DNA from: Catajapyx aquilonaris | Taxonomy: Eukaryota | NCBI GenBank assembly: GCA_000934665.2 | Contig: JYFJ02000602.1 | Location: forward strand, 62,001 to 119,323 | Reading direction: 5' to 3' | DNA length: 57,323 bases | Shown: positions 33,901 through 48,900 of the stretch, piece by piece | Position numbering within the stretch: the stretch's first letter is position 1 | Layout: every line of letters starts with the position of its first letter | Position numbers and translations under genes: made by a program | The notes under the pieces: generated by a model | Seen by the model: the letters and a program-made list of their open reading frames with translations, nothing else | What the model was told of the DNA's origin: nothing | The model's database searches: none

Positions 33901-36900
33901 CTGTCGAGTTAAAACCCCCAGTTAGGTTCAGAAGTACAACCGGTTACACTAAACTCACGTTCAACGTCCCTGAAGACGTAGGAACCAATGAAGCTGAGCA
34001 GAAGGACTGCCACCGGGAGGGAATAGTCGGCCAGGGCCTCTCGTTTGCTTGCTTGCAGGTACGGCCTGTTGGTATATTCATATTGAATTCAACAGTTTGG
34101 TACTGTACTGGTAAACGACCAAAAGTGGCCACAGTGGCCAACGCACGTTTTGTTAAAGTTGTATAGAGAGACTCCTAGCCAGAGCGTTCCCAGCATGAGA
34201 AGGATGAAGAGTATGGAGCTCTCCCTTCGGCAGGCACGCATGATGTTCTCCGTGGCGGAGTGTCCCGAGGTGGTGGCGGCCAAGGGAGGAGCCAAGGAGG
34301 AAGTGCTTCCGTTCATCAACTCCACGGCCGCCATGGTGGAGGCCGAGGCGTTGACCAGGAGGGCCAGGGCCGTCGGTCCTAACGAAGGCGCCGGGGATGG
34401 GAGACCGTCCGTGAAGCTGGTGTTGCCCACTTCCAGGCCCAAACACTGCGGGTTGTTGTAGTTCTCCTGGAAATCTATACAAAATTGCGTCACTATTTGC
34501 ACACTTTTCACTTGAAAAGTAACTTACTTTTAGCTACATCTCGGAAGGCATCCACAAAGAAGGCGATAGAGATGAAGAGGGCGAAGATTTCTTCCGTGGA
34601 GCGCGTGGACCATCGCATAAGACGAGACACGTCGAACAGAGCGTACATGACCAGAAAAAAGCTGTTCCAAAGGCCCACACAGCAATACATGGCGTAAAAG
34701 TCTATATGGAAGTCCTCACATATGCTATAAATTACTGTGGATGAAAAATTTGGGAGGTACAAGTCACACTGTTGATGACTCCCAAGCCGGATAAGTACTT
34801 ACTTTTAATATACAACGCTAAAGGAGCTGTGGTAAGAAGGATGAGCAATGGCTGACCGGCAAAGAACACGTAGAAAAGACCACCTATCGCTTGACCAACA
34901 ATAACTTTCTTCACATCTGGAAACAGACAAAGAGTCACCATTGTTGCACCCAACACAAAATTAGATGATGCTTACCAATCATTCCTTTGGTGTTGTGATC
35001 GTTGAGAACTCCGAAAGCAATAGCCGGGAGGATACAGGCAAAATAGAGGAAAAAAGTGGTGGATACAACTTTGTGCGCAGTGTTTCGGCCGGTGAAACCG
35101 TCCCGATAGTCGGAAAGGTAAACAGGTAATCTCCTCTGCAGGTCATCCCGTATTCCCTTGCCGAATTGGCAGAACTTCTCCTCCTGCGAATAAGAGACCC
35201 AAAGAGGCGCCGAAATGGGAGAAAAATGAGTCCAACTGGGCCTAAGACATCCATGGATCGAAAGGAAAGCAGGGGAATGGGGGTGGAGTCAACAGTATAT
35301 ATAGGTTACGCGAACCGAATCCATTTTCGCTACCAAATTTTGGCAAATATTCCAACAAGTTTTGAGTCAGTTTTTGAGAACGGCCTTCAAATTTCTAGGC
35401 ATTATTACGTAAATATGCAGTATAAGAAAGGGAGTTATATCACAGGAAGATGAAGGGAGCCACGTTGCCAATTTATGACGTAAACTGCATCAAAATATTT
35501 CCTGTAATTCACAAATTTCATAATAATACAATTGTATATACGTGTATATATTTGGATGAGTATACTGAGTTAGTGGAAGGTCAACCACATACTGTGACTT
35601 GTGGGCAACAGCAAAGGGTAGGGGATCCACCGAACTACACCGAGAATGTAGCTGGGTCCCAACCTGACTCACGTATTCGTCGTAGTCCCCAACATTTGTG
35701 TGGTTGGCGTCTGCAAGCCTCTTCTCCGGATTGCTCTGCTCCTCGGCCAGCTCCTGGGCCTGCTTCAGAATCAGCCTCTTGAAGTCCTCCTCAGTCGTGG
35801 CCTCCAGAAGCTTCTGTCTGAAGTCCATATCAGCAAAGATGGTGGCGAAGGTGCGACCCGTCTCCAGGGCGTTCTTCGTGCCTTTCTGTTTGTGAGAAGA
35901 GGTCAGTCGTGGACAGAAGGGTCGAAGGTCACGTACGAACCTCTTTGCTGGGACAAAGGACCAGAACGAAGAGTTTGACTTCGTGACTGGTCCGGCCGAA
36001 GTTGGCTGGGTGCTTGAAACGGGTGATGGCCACCAGGCGGTGCTGAAGAGATGGCAGGTTGCAGCTGTTGGATGGAAGAATTCGCCAAATATTAGAATCT
36101 TCCCAATTTGTTGGTTTTCTTTGATCAAATCAAATAATATTAAGCAGTTTAATATCAAAATAACTTTAACCACTGCTGACATCAGCATGTCGTCATATTT
36201 CAACATCTATTAATCCACTTGTCACCAACACCGCATATTATTCCAGTTTAATAACATGATTAATGACCACGATTTTGAGATGACATCTATACACAGTACC
36301 TGCAATAAGGCTGCCTGTGGGAAGCCCATGGGCAACGCTCTTTCCCCCCCGTCCAATCTCCCCTTACATCTATGCAAAAAGCGCCTACGTATCATCCTAT
36401 TTTATACTCACATTAAGCTTGGCACAGTACCATATAAAGTGCAGCCCATAACATGGCCTGTATAGTGCGCCGCCCTGTATGCTGATAGCAAGTTTGCAGC
36501 CATCTACGTGATTTACTGTCCTTTCTAAGCGTTCTAATGGCTCCTTTTTTTGTTGAAAAGGAGTCGCCATTGAGAAGCAACTAGTAGTACAATATTTTTG
36601 GCCTATTTAATAGAGTCAGGACAAACTTTGTGTCTACACATTTCATATAAAAATATATGACTCTACTATCCTGCATTTAATTGGCTGTCTTTTAATGCCA
36701 AATGATAGCTGAAGTTAATACCGGTCCTAAATGTCCCACCGAAAATTCATCCCATCTGTACATAAGTCGTGTCGACACTTGAGGGACATGTCGCATCGCC
36801 AGCAGACACTAGTCCATAAACAAGAGACGAGACAGATTATATTTCGGGGGGTGGGGGGGGGGGGTCCCAGAATAATTCCGGGTTGCTGCAAAAGCCTGGT

Positions 36901-39900
36901 TCTAGCCGAAGGGATCGTTACTCTGGGAATGTAGCGAGGGGGGTGCACCCTGTCCTTCCCCTGCATGAAATTAATATGGTGGGGGTGCTGGCAGCATATT
37001 GTTGCGCCTTTCTGGCACTCAAATGAGACACATTAATTGGACCAATCAAGGGAGGTTGAAATCGATCATGAAAGTTAATTGCCTGAAAAAAAGCTGTTGT
37101 TTTTTTTATTGGCCACATTATGAAAGCTATCGTGAATCAAACGTTAAAACGCGCCTTAAATGTTTAACACATTTAAAACGACATGCCCAGCACGATTCAT
37201 CATGATCTAGCACGATTCAGGATGCTCAATCACGATTCAGGATGCTCAATCATGATTCGGAATGTTCAATCACGATTCAGCATGCTCAATCACGATTCAG
37301 CATGTTCAATCACGATTCAGCATGCTCAATCACGATTCAGCATGCTCAATCACGATTCAGGATGTTCAATCACGATTCAGCATGTTCCAGCATGATTAAA
37401 ACCGAAATATGTACTCACAGTGCGCAGATCCAAGACTGGTCATAGTCGAAGGAAGCTCCATCGCGACAACAGGTGCCTTGGATAGTACGGGATAGGATGT
37501 GCACTGCAAAATAACAAGAGAAAAACCAGTTCAAACCCTCGGTTTTAACCACAGAGTTGGAGAGACAAAAGGAGATGTCCCCTTAGGGGGTTTCGCCTTG
37601 ACAACAGAGGGATCGGCTTCGTCCTCGATTAACGCCCTACAAATTACATTTCCTGCTGCCTGCTCGCCAACATAATTAAGTCATGCCCTTCCGAAACAAA
37701 CCAGACACGTGGATATATAGCCCTCCCAATGTCTCCAGGGTTCGAAGTTCACCGGTTGTCACAACAAACGCAGAGATCCATCGGCTCGGAAGTAATTACG
37801 ACCAATTTTAGGAACATGTATCCGGAAGATTTCCGGACCGTCTTATCTCAGGATATTACCACGACCAATCAGAAAAGATGCCTGAGAAGCTTCCGCTCTC
37901 CGGGGCTTGCCTTAATCTCATTTAGACAGCACTTTTTTACGGCCATCAAGAAGTTGTTTGGCTTCCTTAGCTCTTTTCATGGCCGCGGTTCACTTTCAGC
38001 TGGAATGTTGCGATTTCCTGCACGTTTTCCTAAAAGGAATGCGATATTCGCATAGGGACACAAAATGTCAGAGGCCGGGATATCCATATGTAATAGTCAA
38101 CAGTTGGCGGTATCGATTAAGCCAAACTACGACGCATTTATGCTCGGTTTCTCCAACATTTTAAAACCGATGAGTTAACTGCAGTTAAATTAGTTCAGTC
38201 ACAGGTAGTCCATAAAATGGGCAGTCGGTTAAACTGATTTTTTTGGGGGAAATTGTTAAATATTTTATGAGCAAATGAACTAACATAATGCCATGAAAAT
38301 CAAGAAAATGTAGGCTACAAGCGTCCTACATATTTTTAAATTAGTTTATTTATGTTACCCCGTGAAAGTCGTTATAGAGGGGTGGCATACCACCATCAGT
38401 TTTCTGTTAAATTTTACTTCATTCTCCGGTGCAAGGAAATGGGGTAAGGGTTGGGGTTTTGGGGAGGGGAAGTGTCCTACATATAGGACACTAGGTATAG
38501 CTAGGTTAAATAATATTAAATTAATTAAAATCGTACTATTGTTATAAATGTCCCTACATAATCTAACTTAACATTAGTCAGTTCGTAAAGGCCAACAAGG
38601 ACATTAGTGACCAACGGCACGAATTCAGGTTAAATCGAAGGAATTTAAAATGCCCAATGGTCCGCACAGTCCGAATCCATGCGAAAAATTTATCAAGTCC
38701 TCCGAGATAATCCACTTATATATGACCTCTGCACTTTCTCCTATGCCATTACTTGCCAAGTAATTTACACCGGAAAAACAAATGAGAGGGAAATTAGAAA
38801 ATCGCAGCATCCGTTCGCGCGACTTCTCCATCGATCCTCTTCTGATGTGGGTCGAGGTCACCCCCCCCCCCCAACCAGCCCAGGGTGAGAGAGAGTAAAT
38901 GGGTGTAAGGGGGAGGTGTACCGGACAATCCGGAAACTTGCAGACTCCGGAACAATAAGTAATTTAAACCTACTCTCCAGCACGCTCCAGCAGTACCGAA
39001 TATTTCACTGGAAGTCGATAAAGAAACTTAATGAGCATCATACTTACCAAGAAAATATTTACAAATCTACCATTTACATTCAGTCTCATGAAAACAAAAT
39101 AGATCCGGATCAATCGATTGGATGGTCAATTAATTTTTCAAATCGCCACTCGTCTCACAGCCCGATGCTCACCGTTAATAATGTGAAGTACAGTAATTAG
39201 CGATTTAGAGCTGTTGGACCCTCGACCGATTTGTGCGACTATTTTTTTTTTCATGTTCCGTATGGTGTTCTAGGCACGTTCGGTCTGCACTCAGTCTTCT
39301 GGTGGCCAAATTATATTAGTCGCCACGGAATTATCGAGCTAAGCTCTTCTAAACGGTCCAAAGAAGTCCCAGCAAGACTTTGGGAGAAACGCTGTTAAAT
39401 GGTTTGTGGAAATTGTACGTTGTTGTACTATGTCTGGGAAAAACTTTGAGATGATTGCATTACACGGACCGTAGGAAGAGGAAACGACGAGAGAGGCATT
39501 TACAGCCAGTATTATCTGTACCGCCGGACTTAGTTTTACAGCCGGTTTTAGGCCGAGTTAAAATGCGTGTATACCGAGAGGGAAATAACGTTAGTAATTC
39601 AACGTGCACATTTGCGTAAATCCGGATTATCACATAAATCCTTTATAAACCCCTGCATAGATAATAATACATGTAAAACCTCCATGTGGATATTGTCCAA
39701 CTATAGTTAAATGTGCTTACCAAAAAAATATTCCCCCTATAATAATAGCCTTATTTTTTTCACCTCCGGAACGCTCCGGAAGGAGAACGGTCCCCGGTGC
39801 TGCCACCTTCTGATCGCGGCGGAAAGATAGAAGGATCCCTGGTGAGTGCTGCCACCTTCTGATGACGGCACTAAATCATCAGGCCTTGCCAAATTTTGGC

Positions 39901-42900
39901 TACGGGTGCGCTAGTTAGTAATATCAGGCTAATATTGATGTGAATGGAACAGTTATATTTTGTTCTGGTTCATCCTGAACTGAAGCAACCCAAGAGTCTC
40001 TTTTGTCAGACACCAATGCATAGGGGACAGGCGCAAGTGTGTGGCAGAACTTATGTAAAATGGAATATAAGTATCTTCTCATGTGGCACTGTTGACAAAT
40101 TGTGCTTTAAAAAGCTTCTGAGTTCATGGTCTGAAACATGTCGGTTTAAGTGATGACGATGACCGGAGCTTGAAAGCCCTTCTTGTTAAGAGTCGACAAC
40201 CAGCTTTCATGGTTGGTGTGGATGGGCCCGCAGGCACTGTAGCAAACGCACATGAACAAAACAAGGGGGCTTACTCACGCCTTTACATACCCTCGTACAT
40301 TATTAACACGCAAATTGCTTTACAAGTTCCAAGCACACATGAAAAGCACATCGTAAGTACCTAGTGGAAGAAGCAATAAATGAATGAATAATATGCCATA
40401 TAATACTGTCCATTGGGGGTACCTCTTCTAAGAGGATTCTGAAAGGAAATAGAGTGTCTTACAAAACAATACCGATATGAATATTTAATTCTTAAAGGAA
40501 TACATTAAAACTACATACGCAGTAATGAAAATGTTTCATCATACTTTTAAGTGAAAGTTAATTCTCCAAATACTTTTGTTCTGCAAGAATACCCTATCAA
40601 ACGCCTTCTGTGGAAACACGAGACATTTGTCAACACAATTGGCAGGAACAGAAAGATTACGATCGGAAATACAATCCGCACTTTGGCTTCAAGGCACAAA
40701 GCCAAAGATGCACAATGTAACTTGGCAGTCCGATGACGGATTTTGCGCCTGATTCGCTGGCTGAAAAGGACCAAAAGTGGGTATTTATTTTGGCTAAAAC
40801 CACTGCTGAAATGTGTTAATTTTGCCAAAAGAATCACGGACAACTGACCATGAATGTTAACCTTTGCACCCAGAATGTTTCGTGTTGATAAACAGAACTG
40901 ACAGCACAAATCAGAACAATGGATGAGAACGTTGAAGGAAAAATTTTCTCAAAGGAAAAAAGTACTCGACTGTGAAGAGAACGTGTTTCTCAGAGATGGA
41001 AGTCCTCCAGGGAACCTACTCTCTGTCATGTCCGGAAAGTGTCAACACAAGATGCGAAAAAATACGAAGAGGTAATATATTTCTTCAGAAGCAAGAAACA
41101 CTGCTTCACACAAGAGGGCAACAACAATGTTATTCTGTAAATGGAACAAGTCTTCATTGGTGAGTGACCTCTCTATAGTGGGTCATGCCAAAGTTGACAA
41201 GGTACTTGAGAGAAGCAATTGCCAACAAAACGGCTTTGAAGAGTTGCACCTGCCATGGAGATAGAAAATTTAGACCATGCTTGTCCTCTTGAGCTGTGTA
41301 AATATTTGGCAACTTCAGGGCTCGACGCTTGAGCATCAACTTCACACTGCGTGAATAGTAACAACACCAGTGGTGTTACAAGTAATTTCTTCCAATTTTA
41401 AAATTACAAATTCTTCCTTAGTGACTGTTCCTCCAAGGACTCTTATCATACGACCCCCATAAAAATGTTTATAATTGCTAAAATGCGATTTACTCGCTCT
41501 GCTGAACACAGCGGGACCAATAATTATAATGACGTCATACGATAATTAAGTTTTCTGCCCTAAAGTCCGCCGGTACTGTAGCGGAAATGTACCGTCCTGA
41601 TTACATTACCTTCGACCCTTAACTAACTGCTGACCTAGCACGTCCTAGCTGACCATGACACTGTATTTCAGATTTTCATTTCAACACTTTAACTATCAAA
41701 GCAGTGATTAAGATATATGCTGAGGTGTATTCAAAGGCTGCAATTGTTGACCACTACAGGTAGGTCATGTCCAGCCTGTCATACTAGCCACGATTCATGT
41801 CCTGCATTTACCAAAAGCGTGTCACCAAAATGTCAACATCGTAAGTCCGCAGATTGTGATGTGCGATGATGACAACAATGAGGACTAAATACCTCACTCA
41901 CTTTCATAACATGTCAATTTACTCGACATTACACGTGTCATCTCACTGTGCTAACCATATTTAGTTTTTGGAGTATCCTGAAGCATCCTCATCGTCCAAA
42001 AATGTCCAGGAGTCTACCAGTTCACACGTGGCGCCAGAGGGGCGCCTGTACATTCCTACTCAACTCTCCTCTTTTCCTATATTGATCGATAAGAGGACCC
42101 ACCCACCCACCACCCACCCTAAAATCCCATCCCCAAAATCCTCTCTCACCCTGTAATTCTATAACCAGCAAACCCTCACCGCCAAAAACCTGCAGCCCCA
42201 TGCTGCTTCTTCGATCACTAACTTCAAATATCTATAACAAAATGATTACAAATCTAACTGTACACTGGGTTCATGACGTATGTATGTACCCGCAGGTAGC
42301 ACACTTCGTCGGCCCGATGTCGGCAACATCGGGCCAATGTTGGGGAGCGATGTCGGGCCAATGTAAAATGGTTAACTTTTGTCACATCGGGCCGACGTTG
42401 GGCCGATGTTGGCATACAGTGCTGACCCGATCGACAGTAATACCCCGTATTATACGTACGTATATGTACGTATACTTATCAGCACCTGCTCAAAAAAAAA
42501 AATAAGTCAGACCTAACCTGGATTTTAATTCCAGTACAGTACCAGAGGATCGTTACCGCTGAATATTACAGTTGCAGCTGCGGTTCCTGTACCCGCAGTA
42601 TTAATATCCCGCTGGTTAACACATGTCGTTTCTCTTTCTGTCTCTGATGTGGGGTGGTGCTAATTGAAGCGATGAAAGGGGTAGGAGAGTAATCCCGGTT
42701 TTAGTAGCGGAACCGGGCCCGAAAAAGCTTGGGATGGGAACAGATTGCGAATTGTTGTCCAATGTGAAATGGGGCGGGTCAAAACCGGAAGTAGGACATG
42801 GAAGCGCCCTCCTCTTGAGGAAAAAGTAACTAAGGTCGCCATATCCAATCAAAATCACGCGTTTATGAGCGCAGAAAATTCTAACTTGCTGGCTCATCAT

Positions 42901-45900
42901 TAACTACCGCAAAAATTCATGCCGAACTTTGACGGTGGCACATCACGTCCGCTTGACGAATAGCACATAATCAGCGCCCTCCAAATAGAGCAGCTCACCG
43001 ATAACACCCAGCGATTCCCAAATCCTGACAAATCACTCTCCTGGCCCATTCCCACCACCGTCCTCAAAAACCGCGAACCTTCCACATGAATGCACCCACT
43101 CAATTAATCAGCCAATCTTGGCAGTCTGAACCACACGATGCATACAAAAAAAATGTCTCGAGAGCAATGCTTTGCATATTCAATGTTGCGAAAGACTTTG
43201 GCTCGAGTTTTTCATAGCAAAAAAAAATGGTCTGAATTCGGGGCAGTGTTCGCCACAATGGGAAAATGATAATGCGTGGGGTTACTCCGGACCATTACGT
43301 GACCTTAGGAGGTCAAGATGGCCCCACTTTTTTGCCGGGACCATGAAAGGAAAGGCTTCTGAATGGAGAGCTCTGGAGGCTTTAGAGATAAAGGAGAAGT
43401 GGTTTTTGATGGCTTCTCAGATGGTGTTGTAGGACAAGTGGGGGCAAAATATAGGCCGATGTTTTTTGATAGTTGAATTAAACGGTAAAATCGGCTTTAT
43501 CAGGTATATTAGTTAATTAGGGTAATTAGCCAACCAGCGAAAAATCTGTACATATTATTTACTTTACAAATATTTTACATATGGAAATTTGTCGCATAAA
43601 ATATTTCATTTTCCGTAATGTATGCCAACCCGGTTTTTTTCCGGGTTTTTTACAGCCCTAAGTTAGGACACACATCATTCAGCTAAACCATTTGTCAGTT
43701 CAGGATACTTCAGCCATTATGACAATTACAGTGAGAGACCACCAAACCAACTACTACTACATTTATAAACCAACCACAGAATGTTTGCCAGAGTAAACAG
43801 TCGCACCAGTTGCAAATTACCATCATTATAGGTCAGAGATCATCAAGTGCAAGAAACAGCCGGGTCTTAGTTATGCTCGTCACATTTTGATAAACAGGGG
43901 TTTACTACACCTCGATTAACACCCGCAAATTACATTCCTACTAATGAAGTTCTCTCAAGACACCTCTCGTATTAAATATTGCCAGTACTGTTTTTAGTGC
44001 GAATTCTATAGTGTCGACACTACTTAAAAACAGTGCGTAAGTACACATGTAAGGTGGCAACCCTGGTGACGTATCATCTCATTGTTATTGATCGCAAAAC
44101 ATGCCTTGCAGCGGAGCTGTGCACGCTCACTTGCGATAAGTAGCAATTGCACAACTTCAAAGGTGACAAACGCCAAGCACCGTGTGAACTATCATCTGCA
44201 CCCAGAATAAGAACCTGAAAAACTATTTTATCAGCCCAACTTTACCAATGAAAGTTTGCACTTTGCTTAACCCAACAGGTGGTGGAAATTCTACTTTCCA
44301 CGCAATTACACAATCCAAATAAATTCTTTGCTAGCATAAGCAAATCGGCACAACAATGGCACACCCAACACCCCCCAATCATGTCTCTGTGGAGGAGAAA
44401 CTTGACGTCAATTCATCATTTCAAAGGCACGGTTTGAGCAACCTTTACTATAGAAAATCCCGGTTCTGGTCCCATCCAATCAGAGCCCTGCAAAATTTTT
44501 CCTTCTGACCTTTCCCCACACATGTGGGTGGTAATCACACCCACAGTACTTGTACAGGAATATAGCTCATTTGCATTTGACTTAAGTACACCCTGTACTT
44601 GAGCGAGCCTATAAAAAATGTCATATGTGAAATTCAACAGTTGGCAATATCGATCTTGGATTCAAGAGGATGCTCTTTATATTGTTGTTGTACCCCCCAA
44701 ACATCGTCTAGAGATAAAGAGGAAAAAAACAGGGCAACCATTAACTCTTAAATTGCCTCTGGGAGGATAACAAATGATCATAGCAGGGTCGAATAGCGGC
44801 TGAGAGAGTAAATTGCGGCAATGCGCTCGTAAAGTACACCCCATAATTCCCTTGTAGTTTATCACTGATTATTTTTCATACCGTTATGGGAATATGAGAA
44901 TTGGAGGGAACGTGAAAGTATTGGCAAGGGAACGATTTGTTTGCACAACTGATCGATAGATGTGTCGATTTCAAGGCCTTTTTTGCACATCATTTTTACG
45001 TTACGTAATGCTCAGCATTAATGCAGGCTCGGTTCGATGCAATTTTATGGGGGGAAAAAATACGTTAAAAAAATGTAGTTGACCAACGCCTTCACTAGAT
45101 GGCGCTCCTATCCCACGTGGCCCATTCTCTACTTTTCACCTTTCCTTATTATGTTCCAACACCCACTGAATCAGTAGACATTCTTCAAGTTCTTTCAATT
45201 CCTCATGCGTTTTCGACATCTTGTTTTTCTCCCCCCGGATTCCTTTCCGGTATCATGTCCACCTAACCGGAATGGCTCCCCAGATTCAAAGGGAATCGAA
45301 TAACCTGTGTGTGCATAAATTCCTGTAACAGGAATTTCCCGATTGTGACTTAGTAATACGAAACCTTGGCTCGGTTTTTGGAGCGGTTTTGAAATGTCAG
45401 TGTGACATTTTCCAGGGGAGGAAAACAAACCAAAATTTGTCCGCAACTGCAACCTGAAATATTGGAAAAGTATTTGATCAAAAAAAATTTGAATGATGAA
45501 ACTAAATGAGTGCATCAAAATATGCGCAACTCTTTTTTTTTTTTTTGGAAAATGGAGAGTGGGTCATGTCGATAAGGCCTCGGGTGAATGCAAGGTTCCG
45601 GAATAATCCAGTTATTTGATTGGTTAGGGCACGGTCGCATTCGACCCGCTGTTTACTGTACGCTAGCGGGGGAATAACAATAACGGAGGATAAATAGCGG
45701 AACTAAAAATATAAAAACATGGCTAAAGCACTGATTATCGGTTAAATTTTAATGCAACTTATAATGACCGAATTCACACGGTCACCGAAAGTTGACCATA
45801 AAACCCGATTTGGGAATGTGAATCCGAAAACTGTCGGTTTATATGCACTGATACTTGTTCACGGACGGACACACGCGCCGTTTTATTTTTAACTAGCTGC

Positions 45901-48900
45901 GGCACCCGGCGTTGCCCGGGAAGAAATGAATGAAGGGAAAACACCTGCTAGTACCCCCGTCAACTGTCTGTCTTTCTGTGTCCGGCCACCAATGCCGTCT
46001 GTGGTCCTGCTATACACCAATACCTTCAACCTCTCCCGTCTGTATAACGGCAACCGTTATTTGCCTCCCATCTGTAGTCAACCCCCAACACCTCCATCCT
46101 CTCCCGGCCTGGGGGTGGAGCACAGGCAAATGACGGTTGGCAGGCGGACAGACAGACAGACAGACGCACAAACGGCTTTATTTATATAGATTTTTTTCCC
46201 CCCTTTGAGTGTGTATGGCTGTATGGTATAGAGTCGAAAATGTCAGAAAATTGTTAGGGGCTTTTGAGAGTGTATGGTATGGTATACGAAAATGTCTTTA
46301 GACGAAAATGGTTGCGGAGCGTTCGATAAGGCCTCCGGGGTAGAAATTCAGGCTCTCAGAATAATTGGATTATTTGATTGGTTAGGGCAACGCGGCCGCA
46401 TTCGAGCGGCTGTATCCGCTTTTCGAGAGGAATAACAATAACAAGAGAAGCGGAACAATAGAAAGTTGGTGACGAATATATCGCAGCATCCGTTCGTGCA
46501 ACTCCTCAATCGATCTGGGTTCAGATGTGGGTCGAGGTCATACGCCAGGAGTTGAAAAGAAGAAGAAACTGAAAAAGAAACCATGGTGGTGATATGGAGC
46601 CCCCCGGAAGATCCTCTGGAGACACTTCTTCCTCAAAGCTGGAATATTGAACCGATCCAGATCGACGATCACCTAAGAGTGCACCCATCCGTCACTCGAG
46701 AGCCTTGCTTATTGTTGCAGTTTCGTGTGTCTCGAAAACAAAGGGAGGCTGGCTGGCTGCCATGTTGTGCTCGAGCCAAGAGGCCAGCGATCCTCGGAGG
46801 TCACCTCGATAGAAAAGAAGTCCGAAACTTTTCCCGGTAGTGATTGATCGATGCGGGGGATAACTGGAGTGGAAACACGAAGAAGTGATGATATAAGCAA
46901 TGCAGTTGGCTAGACAACAATGCTCGTACGTCTCCGCGGCAGAATGGCAATCGTACGCGAGATTCTTCCATCACAAGCGATACGCATCATGTCCCGAATC
47001 TCTGACGATGTCCCCCTGAAGCCAGAAAACTCGTGTCCAGGGCTCATTCCACCTGCCCTTAGGCCTCTCCTGTGGCCAAAGAGAACAGCACCGGAATGGT
47101 CGCGCCAAATTGAATTACGTCATGACGGATTTATCGACTGCTGCCTCTCTTCTAATTACTGCCAGCGACAAGCAGAGGTTGCTGGGGGTGTGCACATGGA
47201 AGGGATATCCACTCGCGATTCTCAAGAAACTTGGCTGTTAGTCATTACGAGGACCTAATAGCTTTTCGAGATATTGCTGCACTCAGGTGCACGTGATTCG
47301 AGTGGATTTTTAAATGGCGGATATTGAACAGTAGCCTACCTGCGCATTATCCGGTGGTGGCAGGACCACTTTAGGCACACGTGTCCCTACGGCTTACACC
47401 ACCGAATAACGCGTTACTACAAGTCAATTAACCCGTTGGTTTTGGCCCAGAGTGGCCTATACATTTTTAATAACTATTTGCATAGGTCCGGGCCTAATTA
47501 CACTGCTTGGTTAATTTTCAACCTTCGTATAATGAGGAGTTGACAAACTGCCATCCTGGAGTCCTCTTGCGGAATAGACCTATTAAAAAGGCGAGCCGTG
47601 AATTAACACTATCGCGATACTGATGACTATAAAAACAGTCGTTCAGACGGGAACACTTCATTCCGCCAACCGCGGTATACACGCCATGAAGCGGCTGTGA
47701 ATGGCCAGTCCGTCCTGTCATCCACTTCACTTGATCATTAATCCGGGGCCATATCTAGGCCTGGAAATTCCATCTGGGGTGCGTTACACCGCTATTACGA
47801 AACGGGTGAGCGCGTCTTGTGACCTTTAGGAACACTAGAGATTTGAACAGTCTAATGAAAAAGGAACGTACTTCTACTTTTTTCTCTCTCTCTTTGAAGG
47901 AAGAGACACTGGATCGATGGGGGAGTGTCAGTAAGGCTGTCCTGAAACAGCGTTATTGGAGGTGGCTTCTAGGATGGGGAGATCTAGGACAACCAATTAC
48001 AATTCATTGAGGAAAAGGGATTGTTATCGAGAGTGACAACATGGTACGATTCACATGGTACAAAAGAATCATGCGATTGTGCTTTAAAACTAATTCATCG
48101 TGACATTTGCCCAATGCGGGTAAGTCAGCAATGAATAATTGTGTTTACATTGGTTAATTGCTAAACACGGCGAAAAACATGCAATTTTTATGAATCCTCT
48201 TAAGAAGTCGACTGATGTGATCACGTGCACTAATTACAATTCATTGAGAAAAATCGATTATAATTACATACCACACTCGCGCATATAGTGGGGACACGTC
48301 CTACATTTAGAGGGGTCAAATTTCAACACCGCAAACCAGTTACACGCGCGTTATACGCAATTGATGAATGGAGAGGAAAAATGCCCTACCTGAGTCAGAG
48401 GTGAAGAGCACGGACTTGGCCTCTTCGATGGGGATCGGTGGGTCCTCGGTGTCCAGGAGTCGGTGCAGCATGATGTCCACGACGCCCTCCAGCGACGTCT
48501 CGGTGACGTCCAGCAGGAAGACGGCCTGGTTGAGGAAGTGTGCCACGTCCAGAGTAGCCCTGACCTCTGAACCAAAGTCCTTCATGGGCACCCTCTGCAA
48601 GTTGCAAACCAGCAGATGAATTTCGTCCTCCTCCTCCTCGTGACTCCCTTCATTGTTGGGCAACAGTGGGTGGGTCGGGGTGCCGGGAGTGACCGGGGAC
48701 ATGGGGCTGAGCGGACTGAAGGCCATTTTCCGCCCGGGTTTGACCTTGATGGCTGACTCGGTGCTGACCAGAGACCCTATGGGGGCACTACCTGCCCCTG
48801 CGTAGGTCAGCCGCGAGAGGTCCATGTGGGCCATGCTGCGTCGCTTCAGAAGAGGAGGAGGACAGCTACTGAGCGGAATGTCGTGGCCACGGGACGCGGG

